49,428 nucleotides of DNA, taken from Methanobacteriota archaeon. GTDB lineage: Archaea; Thermoplasmatota; Poseidoniia; Poseidoniales; Thalassarchaeaceae. Positions 1 to 9,844 of this stretch are shown one piece after another. The notes below the pieces were generated by a model that worked only from the letters and a program-made list of their open reading frames with translations, had not been told where the DNA came from and did no database searches. Made by a program: the position numbers and the translations under genes. Each line of letters starts with the position of its first letter. The first letter of the stretch is position 1. The stretch is taken from positions 7,963 through 57,390 of the forward strand of contig NYST01000009.1 in NCBI GenBank assembly GCA_002683155.1, given 5' to 3'.

Positions 1-2045
1 AGGGCTGCGTAATCGGCATGGAACCGATAGACATTCCAGAGAGTCAAGAACATCTTGGCATATGACTCACGAACACCGTTTGGATCAAAATTAGTGGGGG
101 ACCAAGGGGCACTCTGAGTAGTCATGTACCACCTGATTGAGTCCGCCCCCTCCTTGTCGAAGTGATCCCACGGATTGACGACATTCCCCCTTGACTTGCT
201 CATTTTCTTTCCTTCCTTGTCGAGAATGTGCCCGAGTGAAAGGCAACGTCTGAAGCAAGGCTCGTCAAACACGGTAGTAGCTACAGCTAGCAGAGAGTAG
301 AACCACCCCCTAGTCTGATCGACTGCCTCACAGATGTAGTCGACCGGGAATGAGCCCGTGAAAAGATCCTCATTTTCGAATGGGTAGTGCCACTGGGCGA
401 ACGAGGCACAGCCAGAGTCGAACCAGCAGTCCATGACATAGGGTTCCCTAACCATCTCTCCAGAGCATCCATCAGATGGGCACGTCAATCTGACCTCGTC
501 GACATAGGGCCTATGCAACTCGGGAGGAGTGGGGGATGAGTCAGTCTTCATCGAAGACATCTCTTCGATGCTTCCGACACAGTGCTCGGTTCCGCAATCT
601 GGGCAAATCCAGACAGGAATTGGAGTTCCCCAGTAGCGCTCCCGGCTAATTGCCCAGTCCTTGATATTGGATAGCCATTCTCCCATTCTCTTGGTGCCTG
701 TCCACTCTGGGGCCCACTCTACACTCGCATTGTGGGAGATGATCTGCTCCCTGACCGCAGTCATCCTGACAAACCAACTGTCCATTGCGTAGTACAGCAG
801 GGGGTGGTCGGTCCTCCAGCAGTGCGGGTAGTCATGGGTGTAATCGTGCTCCCTGTAGAGCAGGCCGCGGTATTCTAGTAGATTGATTATCTCGTCATCA
901 CACTCCTTGACGTAGCGACCGTCTAGAAGCTCGTGAACCCCCTCTACGAAGGCGCCGTCCATCCCGACTGTGTGCTGTGCGGGGAATCCGACCTCCATGC
1001 CGAGTCTGTAGTCATCTTCGCCATACATCACTGCGGTGTGCACCACACCAGTTCCGTCGGTGGTTGTGACGAAATCCGCAGCTACGATCGTCCATGCTGT
1101 CTTGGAATCTCCTCTTTCGATTGCGCCGGGGAAGAGTGGTTTGTAGGACTTTCCAACCAACTCTGATCCGAGGAATTCGTCGACTATGTCCGCATGATTC
1201 CTAAGTACGCTACCAATCAGTTCTTTGGCTAGGATAAGCTCCTCACCAACCTCTGCTCCACCTCTTCCTTCCCATGAATCAGAGGGAGGTTCGGTGACTC
1301 TGACTCTGCAGTAAGTGACCTCTGGCCCAACTGCCAAACCCACATTTCCAGGGAGTGTCCAGGGAGTGGTTGTCCATGCCAAGACGGAGGCATCCTCCCC
1401 CTCCAGCTTGAATTTCACAAATACCGCTGGCTCGGAAACCTCCTTGTATCCTTGAGAGACCTCGTGAGTGGAGTAACTAGTCCCTGTTTGGGGGCAGTAT
1501 GGGAGGACCTTGTGACCTCTGAATAGGAGGCCCTTGTCGAACATCTGCTTCAGGGACCACCATGCTGACTCAATGTAGTCGTCTTGTAGCGTGACGTATG
1601 GTTCTTCCATGTCTACCCAGAAGCCCATTCTCTCAGTCATCTCCCTCCATGCCTCCTCGTAAGTCCAAACACTCTCCTTGCACTTCTGGTTGAAGGCCTC
1701 CATGCCAAATTCCTCAATGGCTTCGTTGGACATCAGATCCAGTTGCTTCTGAACCTCTATTTCTACAGGGAGTCCGTGTGTGTCCCAACCTCCCTTTCTC
1801 TCGACTATGTGCCCCTCCATCGACTTCCACCTGCATACCATGTCCTTGAACAGCCGAGACAAAACATGGTGGATCCCTGGTCTTCCGTTTGCGGTTGGAG
1901 GGCCTTCCAAGAAGGTGAATGGGGAGTTAAGTTCCATCCTGGATTCAATGGATTTGGAGAATGTGCCCTCATCTTGCCAGACCTCCATCAAAGAGTTCTC
2001 CAGCCCCACCGGGTCAAGTTCGCCTGGAGAAGCGGGCACGCTCAT
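1..2045 (-). CDS. ileS: Isoleucyl-tRNA synthetase, N-terminal ~680 aa (C-terminus lies beyond the left edge)
   Basis: Absent from the ORF track because it is open at the window edge. Hand translation of the reverse strand from the ATG at 2045-2043 gives MSVPASPGELDPVGLENSLMEVWQDEGTFSKS... It carries the class-I HIGH-type motif PTANGRPGIHHV, plus WAISRERYWGTPIPVW, CPDCG and KMSKS (KKMSKSRGN). The frame stays open down to position 1. Confidence 0.93.
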   Translation of the reverse strand, partial: MSVPASPGELDPVGLENSLMEVWQDEGTFSKSIESRMELNSPFTFLEGPPTANGRPGIHHVLSRLFKDMVCRWKSMEGHIVERKGGWDTHGLPVEIEVQKQLDLMSNEAIEEFGMEAFNQKCKESVWTYEEAWREMTERMGFWVDMEEPYVTLQDDYIESAWWSLKQMFDKGLLFRGHKVLPYCPQTGTSYSTHEVSQGYKEVSEPAVFVKFKLEGEDASVLAWTTTPWTLPGNVGLAVGPEVTYCRVRVTEPPSDSWEGRGGAEVGEELILAKELIGSVLRNHADIVDEFLGSELVGKSYKPLFPGAIERGDSKTAWTIVAADFVTTTDGTGVVHTAVMYGEDDYRLGMEVGFPAQHTVGMDGAFVEGVHELLDGRYVKECDDEIINLLEYRGLLYREHDYTHDYPHCWRTDHPLLYYAMDSWFVRMTAVREQIISHNASVEWAPEWTGTKRMGEWLSNIKDWAISRERYWGTPIPVWICPDCGTEHCVGSIEEMSSMKTDSSPTPPELHRPYVDEVRLTCPSDGCSGEMVREPYVMDCWFDSGCASFAQWHYPFENEDLFTGSFPVDYICEAVDQTRGWFYSLLAVATTVFDEPCFRRCLSLGHILDKEGKKMSKSRGNVVNPWDHFDKEGADSIRWYMTTQSAPWSPTNFDPNGVRESYAKMFLTLWNVYRFHADYAA

Positions 2046-2125
2046 CGGCCAAGCGACCTAGGAGTTCGTCTTGAACTTGAGGGGGGGCTAAGAGGACAAT
2101 TAGAATGTAAATTGCAAGACTTCAA

Positions 2126-2791
2126 ATGCCCTATGCACCAGTTGGAATCATGGCAGAGACGATTCGACTAGAAGTCGGAGGGATGACTTGCGATGGTTGC
2201 TCGAATCGAGTTAGGGGGGCCTTGGAGGACCTTCCGGGAGTAATCAATGCAATAGTTAGCCACCAGGATGGGAGCGCGGATGTCACACACGAGGGTGCAA
2301 CCAGAGAGGAGCTAGGTGATGCTGTTCGTTCAGTTGGGTATACTGTCGATGGACGGGGAGAAGATTTCCATTGGAAAGACAAAGCCGTCTGGCGGCAGTC
2401 AGCAAACAACACAAAATGGTGCCTAATTGGATGCAGTATCGGGGACTTCGGGACCATTGCAGCTTTCCAATTCGTATTTACAGAAACGGGTTTCAGCGCC
2501 ATGATGATAATGGCGCTGGCTATGTTCAATGGAATTATGACTTCTATTGCACTTGAGACATTCATTCTACTAAAACAGATGCCGATGTACGAGGCATTTC
2601 GTGTTGCGATAGGGATGTCGCTAATCTCGATGTTATCCATGGAGGCTGCAATGAATATAGTTGATCTTGTACTAACTGGCGGTGCTAAGCTCACTTGGTG
2701 GGTTATTGCGCCCATGCTAATCGCTGGATTCCTTACTCCGTGGCCTTACAACTACTGGAGACTGAAGAAGTACGGGGTGGCTTGCCACTGA
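2126..2791 (+). CDS. Heavy-metal-associated (HMA) domain fused to a DUF4396-like 4-TM membrane domain
   Basis: MAETIRLEVGGMTCDGCSNRV is the GMTCxxC metallochaperone motif, so the likely true start is the ATG at 2150. The C-terminal half is hydrophobic and contains WCLIGCSIGDFG, which resembles the DUF4396 signature. Confidence 0.8.
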   Translation: MPYAPVGIMAETIRLEVGGMTCDGCSNRVRGALEDLPGVINAIVSHQDGSADVTHEGATREELGDAVRSVGYTVDGRGEDFHWKDKAVWRQSANNTKWCLIGCSIGDFGTIAAFQFVFTETGFSAMMIMALAMFNGIMTSIALETFILLKQMPMYEAFRVAIGMSLISMLSMEAAMNIVDLVLTGGAKLTWWVIAPMLIAGFLTPWPYNYWRLKKYGVACH

Positions 2792-2800
2792 GGTTTCTGT

Positions 2801-3574
2801 ATGGATTGGAGAAATATAGCTGAAGATATATCCGAATGGATTGGCCAGTATGCGAATAAGAACGGCATAGAAGCACTAGTTGTCGGGGTTTCCGGGGGCG
2901 TGGACTCCGCAGTTACGTCCACTCTTTCGGCGATGACTGGAATCAACACAATCGTCTTGAACATGCCAATCCATCAAGACAGGGGGCAATTTGATCTGTC
3001 GGACCACCACATCGAATGGCTGAAATCGAAATGGGGGAATGTCAGCGGGAAGGTTCTCGATCTTTCTTCGACTTACGACGAGTTTTGCTCTGAGATGGGA
3101 GGGATGTCCGAATTATCTAGGGCGAACTCCAGGGCGAGGTTGAGAATGACAACCTTGTATGCAATTGCTGGCTCAAACAACGGCATAGTTGTCGGTACAG
3201 GGAACAAGGTTGAGGACTTTGGAGTAGGATTCTTCACGAAATACGGAGACGGGGGCGTGGACATATCCCCCATAGCGGACCTATTCAAATCAGAGGTTTT
3301 TGCGATTGGAAAGGAATTAGGGATTGCCCAGGAAATCCTAGACGCGGCTCCGACTGACGGCCTGTGGGATGATGGGAGGACCGATGAAGAGCAAATGGGA
3401 GCTTCCTATGACGAGTTGGAGTGGGCAATGAAGGAGTTGGGGGATCCCTCTGGTTCGGAAATGTCCGAACGTGAACTCGAAGTAATGCGCCTTTATGGCG
3501 ATCTTCACGAATCCAACTCACACAAGATGAACCCGATTCCAGTTTTCAAGCTTAATCCTGCATTTAGGGACTGA
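2801..3574 (+). CDS. nadE: NH3-dependent NAD+ synthetase
   Basis: PP-loop VGVSGGVDSAV; GTGNKVEDFGVGFFTKYGDGG. The 257-aa length is typical of single-domain NadE. Confidence 0.9.
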   Translation: MDWRNIAEDISEWIGQYANKNGIEALVVGVSGGVDSAVTSTLSAMTGINTIVLNMPIHQDRGQFDLSDHHIEWLKSKWGNVSGKVLDLSSTYDEFCSEMGGMSELSRANSRARLRMTTLYAIAGSNNGIVVGTGNKVEDFGVGFFTKYGDGGVDISPIADLFKSEVFAIGKELGIAQEILDAAPTDGLWDDGRTDEEQMGASYDELEWAMKELGDPSGSEMSERELEVMRLYGDLHESNSHKMNPIPVFKLNPAFRD

Positions 3575-3578
3575 TTAA

Positions 3579-3734
3579 ATGGAAGAGGATGAGGCTCGTC
3601 CAATCTATGTAGGCAAGAGCCGTTCGTCATACAGTGGGATGGTCCTAGAATCGATGTTCACCTATCTGCGTTGGGCGCTGGTTGCCATGGTGGTAATTGG
3701 CATCCTTCTGATGATGATGCCGCTCTTGCGGTAG
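3579..3734 (+). CDS. Possible 51-aa small membrane protein (below the ORF-track length cut-off)
   Basis: Hand translation gives MEEDEARPIYVGKSRSSYSGMVLESMFTYLRWALVAMVVIGILLMMMPLLR, with one C-terminal hydrophobic helix. It fills the gap between nadE and the convergent gene exactly. No homology recognised. Confidence 0.3.
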   Translation: MEEDEARPIYVGKSRSSYSGMVLESMFTYLRWALVAMVVIGILLMMMPLLR

Positions 3735-4601
3735 TCATCTCCCTTTACGACGGTCCTCGACCTTTTTCTTGTATTCAGCATCAGAGTCTGCATCGGTCCA
3801 CCCATCGAGGAAGAGCCCTCCCGACTTGTGGACCCCACCTCTGACGTTCCCCTTCCTTGGCTTCCTGAAGACATCTTTCTTCTCTGAGTGCCTGCTAAAT
3901 GCCTTCGGTAGGCCATCAGCGTCCCTCTCCTGTCCTGAAAGGGAATATGCGCGCCATTCGGCGGTAGGTCCGCTCCTCTTCTTTTTTGGAGGTTCATCTT
4001 GCTTTTCCGAAAGTAGCAGGCTAGAGATTAGGCCGAGTAAAAATATGGGGAAGGCGCTGCATAGAAATGATCTGCCGGTTGACAAGCCGTCAACAAACCA
4101 GTCTATTAATCGAGATATGATGGATTTATCTTCATTTTTCTCGAATTCTTGCGAGAGTCTGACATAGATATTGGAATCGAAGGTGTAATTTCCATTGTCG
4201 CATCGAGAAGATGATGAGTTGGATGGATCGTAACATAGCTGTCCCACATAAATCATATCGGGGACATCTTCTCTCTGGGTAGAATTACTACATTGGGGGT
4301 AGAAGAAGTCCGCTCCCGATTCATTGAGGAACGAGATCTGCACAAAGACGCAGTCATCCCAGTTCCCATCATCATCTTCATCCAAGTATTGCCCGAAGGA
4401 GTATATCGCCCATCCATTGTTGGAATCTGATTTGGTCTGTTCAAAGGTTAGATTGGTACTTTGTCCGACATAGGCGAATTCCACTTCGGCCTCTTCGGAG
4501 GATTCGAAAATTGGCAAAGTGGTCCCGGTCCCCAAAAAAAGAACCCCTACAAACATCATTGTTCCTGAGATAGCGATGAGCGCATTCGATAGAGGGTGCA
4601 T
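3735..4601 (-). CDS. Hypothetical bitopic membrane protein with a Cys-containing acidic ectodomain and a basic tail
   Basis: 288-aa ORF. N-terminal TM (ALIAISGTMMFVGVLFLG), an Asp/Asn/Cys-rich middle region, a second TM (FLCSAFPIFLLGLISSLLL) and a Lys/Arg-rich C-terminus. No family recognised. Confidence 0.6.
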   Translation of the reverse strand: MHPLSNALIAISGTMMFVGVLFLGTGTTLPIFESSEEAEVEFAYVGQSTNLTFEQTKSDSNNGWAIYSFGQYLDEDDDGNWDDCVFVQISFLNESGADFFYPQCSNSTQREDVPDMIYVGQLCYDPSNSSSSRCDNGNYTFDSNIYVRLSQEFEKNEDKSIISRLIDWFVDGLSTGRSFLCSAFPIFLLGLISSLLLSEKQDEPPKKKRSGPTAEWRAYSLSGQERDADGLPKAFSRHSEKKDVFRKPRKGNVRGGVHKSGGLFLDGWTDADSDAEYKKKVEDRRKGR

Positions 4602-4632
4602 GGTATCTACAGTTGTCGCATAGCAAAGACAC

Positions 4633-5028
4633 TCAAGTCAGTTGCGATGCCAGAATAGATGCCAATAGCCAAATTCTTGCAATTCTCCTCCTCCTTTTTG
4701 GGGCCTTTGCGGAGAAAGAGACCCGGAAAAGGAAAAGGAAAGAGAACAATCCGAAAATAGCCATGACTAGGAAGGAAGTCTCGCCCAAGCCCCAGGATAC
4801 TGGCCCTCCCATGCCCTCTGGACTGGTGGATTCAGTGCCTGCATGAAGCATTGTCAACGATACCAAGCTCGTCAATTGACCGACAAAAAGAGTCGCTGCA
4901 GAGGAGTCTGCCACTGGCTTTGACCAAGCATCGGACTTCGGATTATTTCTGGATTTTGACGCAGAATTGACCGGCTGGTATGAAGGGTCGTCCCGATTGG
5001 ACCATCTGGACCTAGGAGAAATTCCCAC
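4633..5028 (-). CDS. Questionable hypothetical protein (possible small membrane protein)
   Basis: This is the only long ORF in the 440-bp gap between divergent genes. It has one hydrophobic stretch (FLVMAIFGLFSFLFLF) followed by KRRRR. A competing + strand ORF (4613-4846) is no more convincing. Confidence 0.25.
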   Translation of the reverse strand: MGISPRSRWSNRDDPSYQPVNSASKSRNNPKSDAWSKPVADSSAATLFVGQLTSLVSLTMLHAGTESTSPEGMGGPVSWGLGETSFLVMAIFGLFSFLFLFRVSFSAKAPKRRRRIARIWLLASILASQLT

Positions 5029-5040
5029 GTCATTGTATTC

Positions 5041-5433
5041 ATGGGGGGATATATTGGGTTATTGATATTACAGAAGATACTCAAACTGAACCCCCCAGGG
5101 TGGTTTGTGGGATATCTCGAGTTGATAGAGGCGGCTTCACTGGTTCTTTGCAGTTCAGCGACATTCCTGTGGATGGCCATTGGATCCCTATCTAGGACTA
5201 CGAAGAGCGAGATCTTGGCGCAGCGAGTGATTGCGACGATCTGTCTTGCTTCGGCGGCTCTACTTTTTTCCCTACATTATTCCGGAGGGGAGATTTGGGG
5301 GTCGACGAAAATAGCGAGGCCGTTTGCGGTTATTGCTGTGATGATGGCGTTGGCTTCAGTCATGAACATCAAAGGAAAGGATGTCCAAGGAGAGGCAAAT
5401 CCTCACAAAATTATGAAGAAAGTGGATGATTAG
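5041..5433 (+). CDS. Hypothetical small polytopic membrane protein
   Basis: 130 aa with 3-4 hydrophobic segments. No family recognised. Confidence 0.55.
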   Translation: MGGYIGLLILQKILKLNPPGWFVGYLELIEAASLVLCSSATFLWMAIGSLSRTTKSEILAQRVIATICLASAALLFSLHYSGGEIWGSTKIARPFAVIAVMMALASVMNIKGKDVQGEANPHKIMKKVDD

Positions 5434-5437
5434 GGTC

Positions 5438-5713
5438 CTACTCCGAATTTAGTTTGTCATCTATGAAAGAGCGCATGTATGCTGGGAGTTCCCCGTTGAC
5501 GAAGACTACGTCCTCAACTTGATCTAGCTTCATTAGCGAATAGTAGATTTGCATTGCAGTCATAGGTGTGGCACTACAACCGGTACAGCCCCCTTCTAAG
5601 GAAATCATGATTACGCCGTCCGTGGTGTCTACCACGTTTACGACTCCATCATGGGCATCTAAAACAGCCTGCACAGGGCCTACGGAATCCAAGATTAGTT
5701 GTTTGTCGACCAT
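5438..5713 (-). CDS. NifU/Nfu C-terminal-domain Fe-S cluster scaffold-like protein
   Basis: ISLEGGCTGCSATPMT is the Nfu-type CxxC motif. I chose the ATG at 5713 (MVDKQLIL...) because the longer form (to 5794) runs into the divergent neighbour. Confidence 0.75.
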   Translation of the reverse strand: MVDKQLILDSVGPVQAVLDAHDGVVNVVDTTDGVIMISLEGGCTGCSATPMTAMQIYYSLMKLDQVEDVVFVNGELPAYMRSFIDDKLNSE

Positions 5714-5771
5714 GTTTCTCACCCTCCATGAGGGGCGGGGGTCTTTCAAAGAATTGCCTCTTCGGAGTGTT

Positions 5772-6677
5772 ATGAGCAGGCATACCCGAGTCATCCTAAT
5801 CGATCTCTTGGTTGAGAGATCCGAGTTTGGTCATGGTGGAAATCAAGAGGTGGTGAATCCGATTGCGGAGGGCGGCCCGGTGGAGGTTCTGCTTGTTACT
5901 CCACAAATGCAGTCTGAAGAAGTGGGTGTTCGTGCTCAGGAAGAAGGCTTAGTCAGGATTTCTGAGGGAGATGTCCCGAATTGGGATTACGAATACCCGT
6001 TCTGGGAGGAATGCGGCTTGGAGATGCACGGAAATGATGTTATTTTCAGGAGGGTAGCAATGCCACTGAACGGAGATGACGCGTTAATGCGGGAGTGGAT
6101 TCGGACAATAAAACCGGATGCAGTTGTCTGCAGTGGCTCGAGGAGGAACGTGACGATGTGGGAAGAGTGGATGAATGGGAGTGGATCCCTTCTCAGATGC
6201 TCCTCAAGAATGGGAATACCCACGCTGGGAATCTGCTTTGGGCATCAACTCCTCTGCCATTCTCTTGGGGCTAGCGTCGAGAGGGCCGATTCCATGTCCA
6301 GTGGCGTCTGGGATCTTGCGCTAAATTCACATGGTTCCGCAGACGAGATTTTTGCATCTCGTGGCAGTGGCGAGGGAGGGGCGCCTGTGGCTCTATATTC
6401 GCACCAGGACCACGTGACAACGGTGCCAGAAAGTTGCTTGCTACTTGGTTCGGCGGATCACAACAGAGTTACAGCGGTTCGAGTTCTGGACGAAGAGGGG
6501 CAGGCACTACCCGCATGGGGCCTCCAATTCCATCCCGAAGCCGCCAAGGCGAGGGTTGAGAGGGCTTTCGAATGGGGTCACATTTCTGAGGAGGAAATGG
6601 TGGCCTTCCAGCGCGAACACGACGGTGCTGGCGTCCTGAATTCGTTTGCCTCGGTAATCCATGCTAATATTGGCTAA
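5772..6677 (+). CDS. Class I glutamine amidotransferase-like protein (GuaA-N / GATase1 family) with an N-terminal extension
   Basis: Nucleophile elbow [10 protein letters not shown] and the His/Glu element LQFHPE. Start taken at MSRHTRV (5772), because the track start at 5568 overlaps the NifU-like gene. Confidence 0.8.
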   Translation: MSRHTRVILIDLLVERSEFGHGGNQEVVNPIAEGGPVEVLLVTPQMQSEEVGVRAQEEGLVRISEGDVPNWDYEYPFWEECGLEMHGNDVIFRRVAMPLNGDDALMREWIRTIKPDAVVCSGSRRNVTMWEEWMNGSGSLLRCSSRMGIPTLGICFGHQLLCHSLGASVERADSMSSGVWDLALNSHGSADEIFASRGSGEGGAPVALYSHQDHVTTVPESCLLLGSADHNRVTAVRVLDEEGQALPAWGLQFHPEAAKARVERAFEWGHISEEEMVAFQREHDGAGVLNSFASVIHANIG

Positions 6678-6709
6678 ACAGCAAGGGCCGTTTTACTATT
6701 GGATTTGGA

Positions 6710-6716
6710 TTAAATA
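6710..6716 (+). promoter_or_regulatory. TATA-box-like element upstream of hppA
   Basis: TTAAATA lies about 42 nt upstream of the hppA ATG, in a 77-nt intergenic gap. Confidence 0.25.
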
Positions 6717-6754
6717 GAGCACTCGATTCGGCGAGCCGAACTGATGGTGTAACT

Positions 6755-8833
6755 ATGGATGGAGAACAACTAGGGATGATAGGGATTGCAGCGGGGCTTT
6801 TTGGGCTTGCTGTTGCATTTTTCCTATACAATAAGGTGAATTCAATTAAGATCGAAAACGAAACCGTGGCGAAGATTACCGGGCGAATCCAAGACGGTGC
6901 TATGGCCTTCCTTTACGCAGAGTACAGGTTGCTGTCCGGATTTATTGTGCTAGTAGCAGTCCTCCTCCTCTTAGGAGGGGAAGAAAGGGGACTCGGGATG
7001 GAAACCATGATTGCATTCATCATTGGTGCCCTATGCAGTGTCGCTGCAGGATTCTCTGGAATGCGATCTGCCACTAGTGCAAACGGCCGTACAGCACAAG
7101 CTGCAGCAGATGGCGGTCAAGCGGCCGCACTAACCACCTCATACAATGGCGGTGCAGTGATGGGTCTAGCAGTAGGGGGTTTGGGACTAGCCGGCATTTC
7201 TCTGATGTATTACCTAACTGAGACCGACTTCCTCACTGTGGAGAACATTGCTGGGTTCGGGATGGGGGCATCCTCGATTGCACTTTTCGCACGTGTTGGC
7301 GGCGGCATTTACACCAAGGCAGCCGACGTGGGTGCTGATCTTGTTGGAAAGGTAGAAGCTGGAATTCCAGAGGATGATCCGAGGAACCCTGGAGTGATTG
7401 CCGACAACGTCGGGGACAATGTGGGCGATGTTGCGGGAATGGGTGCCGATATTTTCGAGTCATTCGTAGGAAGCATAATCGCAGCAATGGTGATCGCTGC
7501 GGCAAACGAGGATCTTCTAGGACCAGACTACGTTATGATTCCAGTCGTACTGGCAGTCGTTGGTTACATTGCTTCCATTATTGGCGTATTCTCGATAACA
7601 GCAATGCAGAACATGGACCCAGGAGCGGCACTGAGGAATACCACATTCATCGGAGCGGGACTTTTCATCGCTGGTGGATACCTCGCCCTAGCCTACCTAG
7701 ATTTGCCGACCACGGTAATCCAAGCTGTCGCAATCGGATCACTAGTTGGTATCCTGATTGGCCTTGTTACTGAGTACTACACTGGGATAGAAGACGTTTT
7801 CTTCGTCAAGGTCAAGGCTATACCGTACATAGGCGAAGCAAGCAAGACTGGAAGTGCGACTAACGCAATCGCTGGATTGGCAGTAGGGATGCAGTCGGTT
7901 TTCATCCCAGTACTACTGATGGCTGCAGGTATCTTTGGGGCTGATCACGTTATGGGCGGTGGAGATCTGGGCCTATATGGGATAGCAATGGCAGCAATGG
8001 GAATGCTAGGCACCGTCGGCGTGACTATGACGGTGGATGCTTACGGCCCTGTTGCGGACAATGCCGGCGGGATTGCTGAGATGTCCGGACTAGGTGATGA
8101 CGTCAGAGAGATTACCGATGGTCTCGACTCGATAGGCAACACCACGGCTGCAATCGGAAAGGGTTTCGCTATCGGCAGTGCTGCTTTGACGGCTCTAGCC
8201 CTTTTCGCTGCCTTCAAGACCAGTGCTAACCTTGAGGCTGCGGACCTGAGCCTTACTGAGCCAATGGTCGTAATCGGCCTTCTGATAGGTGCTGCACTGC
8301 CGTTCGTAGTCGCTGCGATGACGATGAAGTCAGTGGGGCGCGCAGCAGAGGACATGATTACCGAGATCAGGAGGCAGTTCAGGGAGATCGATGGCCTCCT
8401 TGAGGGTCGAGAAGGAGTAGAGCCAGACAGTTCGACCTGCGTGGACATCTCGACCAAGGCAGCCTTGAGGGAGATGGTGTTGCCAGGCTTCGTGGCAGTA
8501 TCTAGCCCAGTGATAATTGGGCTGTTGCTAGGTAGCGCAGCGCTGGGAGGTACTCTGGCCGGAGCAACTGCTAGCGGAGTGTTGATGGCGCTATTCATGG
8601 CAAACGCAGGTGGTGCTTGGGACAACGCCAAGAAGGCCATCGAGCAAGGCCATATCGAAGGTGCTGCAAAGGGCGATGATGCTCACAGCGCTGCTGTAGT
8701 CGGAGACACAATTGGTGACCCGTTCAAGGACACAAGTGGACCCTCTCTGAACATCCTGATCAAGCTGATGAGCATAGTCAGCGTTGTTATCGCTGGAATG
8801 TTGACCAAGACAGGCGAACTAGGCGCTCTCTGA
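6755..8833 (+). CDS. hppA: Membrane-integral ion-translocating pyrophosphatase (K+-dependent-type signature)
   Basis: [74 protein letters not shown]. 692 aa and highly hydrophobic. Confidence 0.95.
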   Translation: MDGEQLGMIGIAAGLFGLAVAFFLYNKVNSIKIENETVAKITGRIQDGAMAFLYAEYRLLSGFIVLVAVLLLLGGEERGLGMETMIAFIIGALCSVAAGFSGMRSATSANGRTAQAAADGGQAAALTTSYNGGAVMGLAVGGLGLAGISLMYYLTETDFLTVENIAGFGMGASSIALFARVGGGIYTKAADVGADLVGKVEAGIPEDDPRNPGVIADNVGDNVGDVAGMGADIFESFVGSIIAAMVIAAANEDLLGPDYVMIPVVLAVVGYIASIIGVFSITAMQNMDPGAALRNTTFIGAGLFIAGGYLALAYLDLPTTVIQAVAIGSLVGILIGLVTEYYTGIEDVFFVKVKAIPYIGEASKTGSATNAIAGLAVGMQSVFIPVLLMAAGIFGADHVMGGGDLGLYGIAMAAMGMLGTVGVTMTVDAYGPVADNAGGIAEMSGLGDDVREITDGLDSIGNTTAAIGKGFAIGSAALTALALFAAFKTSANLEAADLSLTEPMVVIGLLIGAALPFVVAAMTMKSVGRAAEDMITEIRRQFREIDGLLEGREGVEPDSSTCVDISTKAALREMVLPGFVAVSSPVIIGLLLGSAALGGTLAGATASGVLMALFMANAGGAWDNAKKAIEQGHIEGAAKGDDAHSAAVVGDTIGDPFKDTSGPSLNILIKLMSIVSVVIAGMLTKTGELGAL

Positions 8834-8878
8834 AAGTAAGCGGGCGAGCGTCAGGCTCTTGACTGGCTGGCCCTAGCG

Positions 8879-9844
8879 GTGAGCATGGGGAAGGCACTCG
8901 CATATGGCATACTAGTGGTTCTCCTTGCATCTTCACTTGGGGGATGTGCAGGAGGCGAGTCTGGTGGGGGCGATTCCTCATCGGATGTTTTTGAGGTGCC
9001 CATCTGGGAGATTGGCGATTGGTGGCTATACACATTCTCAACTCCGGATTACAGCGATGACACTGCAAGATTGGTAGTGGCGAGCACTAGCGAGGAGGAC
9101 GGGTCGGCGTACATGCTTGCAATCTCAAGCCTTACCGAGGCGAGGCGCCATGCAGTTCTCAATCACAACCCCTTCCTGGGCAGGATGACACATTCTGAAT
9201 TGGGTGCCTTCGAGAATGGGGTTGCGCAATCGGTTCTGAGTTTCCCTCTCGAAGAGGGGAAAACATGGTCTTTCACACTTTTCTCGGTGGAATGGAGTGC
9301 ATTTGTGTCCGACATCTCGGGTAGTTCTGCAGTAATCATTGCTACTTCCTCGGATGGCTCAAGGCTGGATTACGTGTTCGACAGAGAGGCTGGTTTCTTC
9401 TACTCATTTACCTGGAAGGATGAGATGGGGGAGAATAAACTCAGGATGATGCTTTCCGATAGCGGTTCTGGGCACTCGGGGGATGTCTACTTCGTGAGAG
9501 GTGGAGACCTGTTCAGTGACGTGTGGGAGGATACTGGGAACGACATTGAGATTCGTGACACATTCCTCGTTAGCGACCACCCCAGTGATGGTGATTGGGA
9601 TGAGATGATCTACTTCATCGATGCAGATTGTGGTTCGGGGTCGTCCATCTCGCTGACCCTTAGGGATCACATGTCAATATCGGCACTAGAGAGAGTTTGG
9701 GGGCCAGGAGCCAGTGAAATGGGAACTCTTGGGACTATACCCTATCCATCTGAGGAATATACCCTAACAGCGACCTTTACAGGTGGTTCGACATTCTTGA
9801 GAGTTAGAATTGCTGGTGGAATAACCCAATCGTGGAGCATCTAG
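8879..9844 (+). CDS. Secreted lipoprotein-like hypothetical protein
   Basis: Signal peptide plus a lipobox-like LASSLGGC, then a Gly/Ser linker. The rest is a beta-rich acidic domain. No family recognised. Confidence 0.65.
   Translation: MSMGKALAYGILVVLLASSLGGCAGGESGGGDSSSDVFEVPIWEIGDWWLYTFSTPDYSDDTARLVVASTSEEDGSAYMLAISSLTEARRHAVLNHNPFLGRMTHSELGAFENGVAQSVLSFPLEEGKTWSFTLFSVEWSAFVSDISGSSAVIIATSSDGSRLDYVFDREAGFFYSFTWKDEMGENKLRMMLSDSGSGHSGDVYFVRGGDLFSDVWEDTGNDIEIRDTFLVSDHPSDGDWDEMIYFIDADCGSGSSISLTLRDHMSISALERVWGPGASEMGTLGTIPYPSEEYTLTATFTGGSTFLRVRIAGGITQSWSI

Noticed and set aside
8041-8640. 199-aa minus-strand ORF inside hppA
   Set aside because: It is antisense to a clearly identified pyrophosphatase. 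The Ala/Ser/Pro-rich translation carries no motifs.
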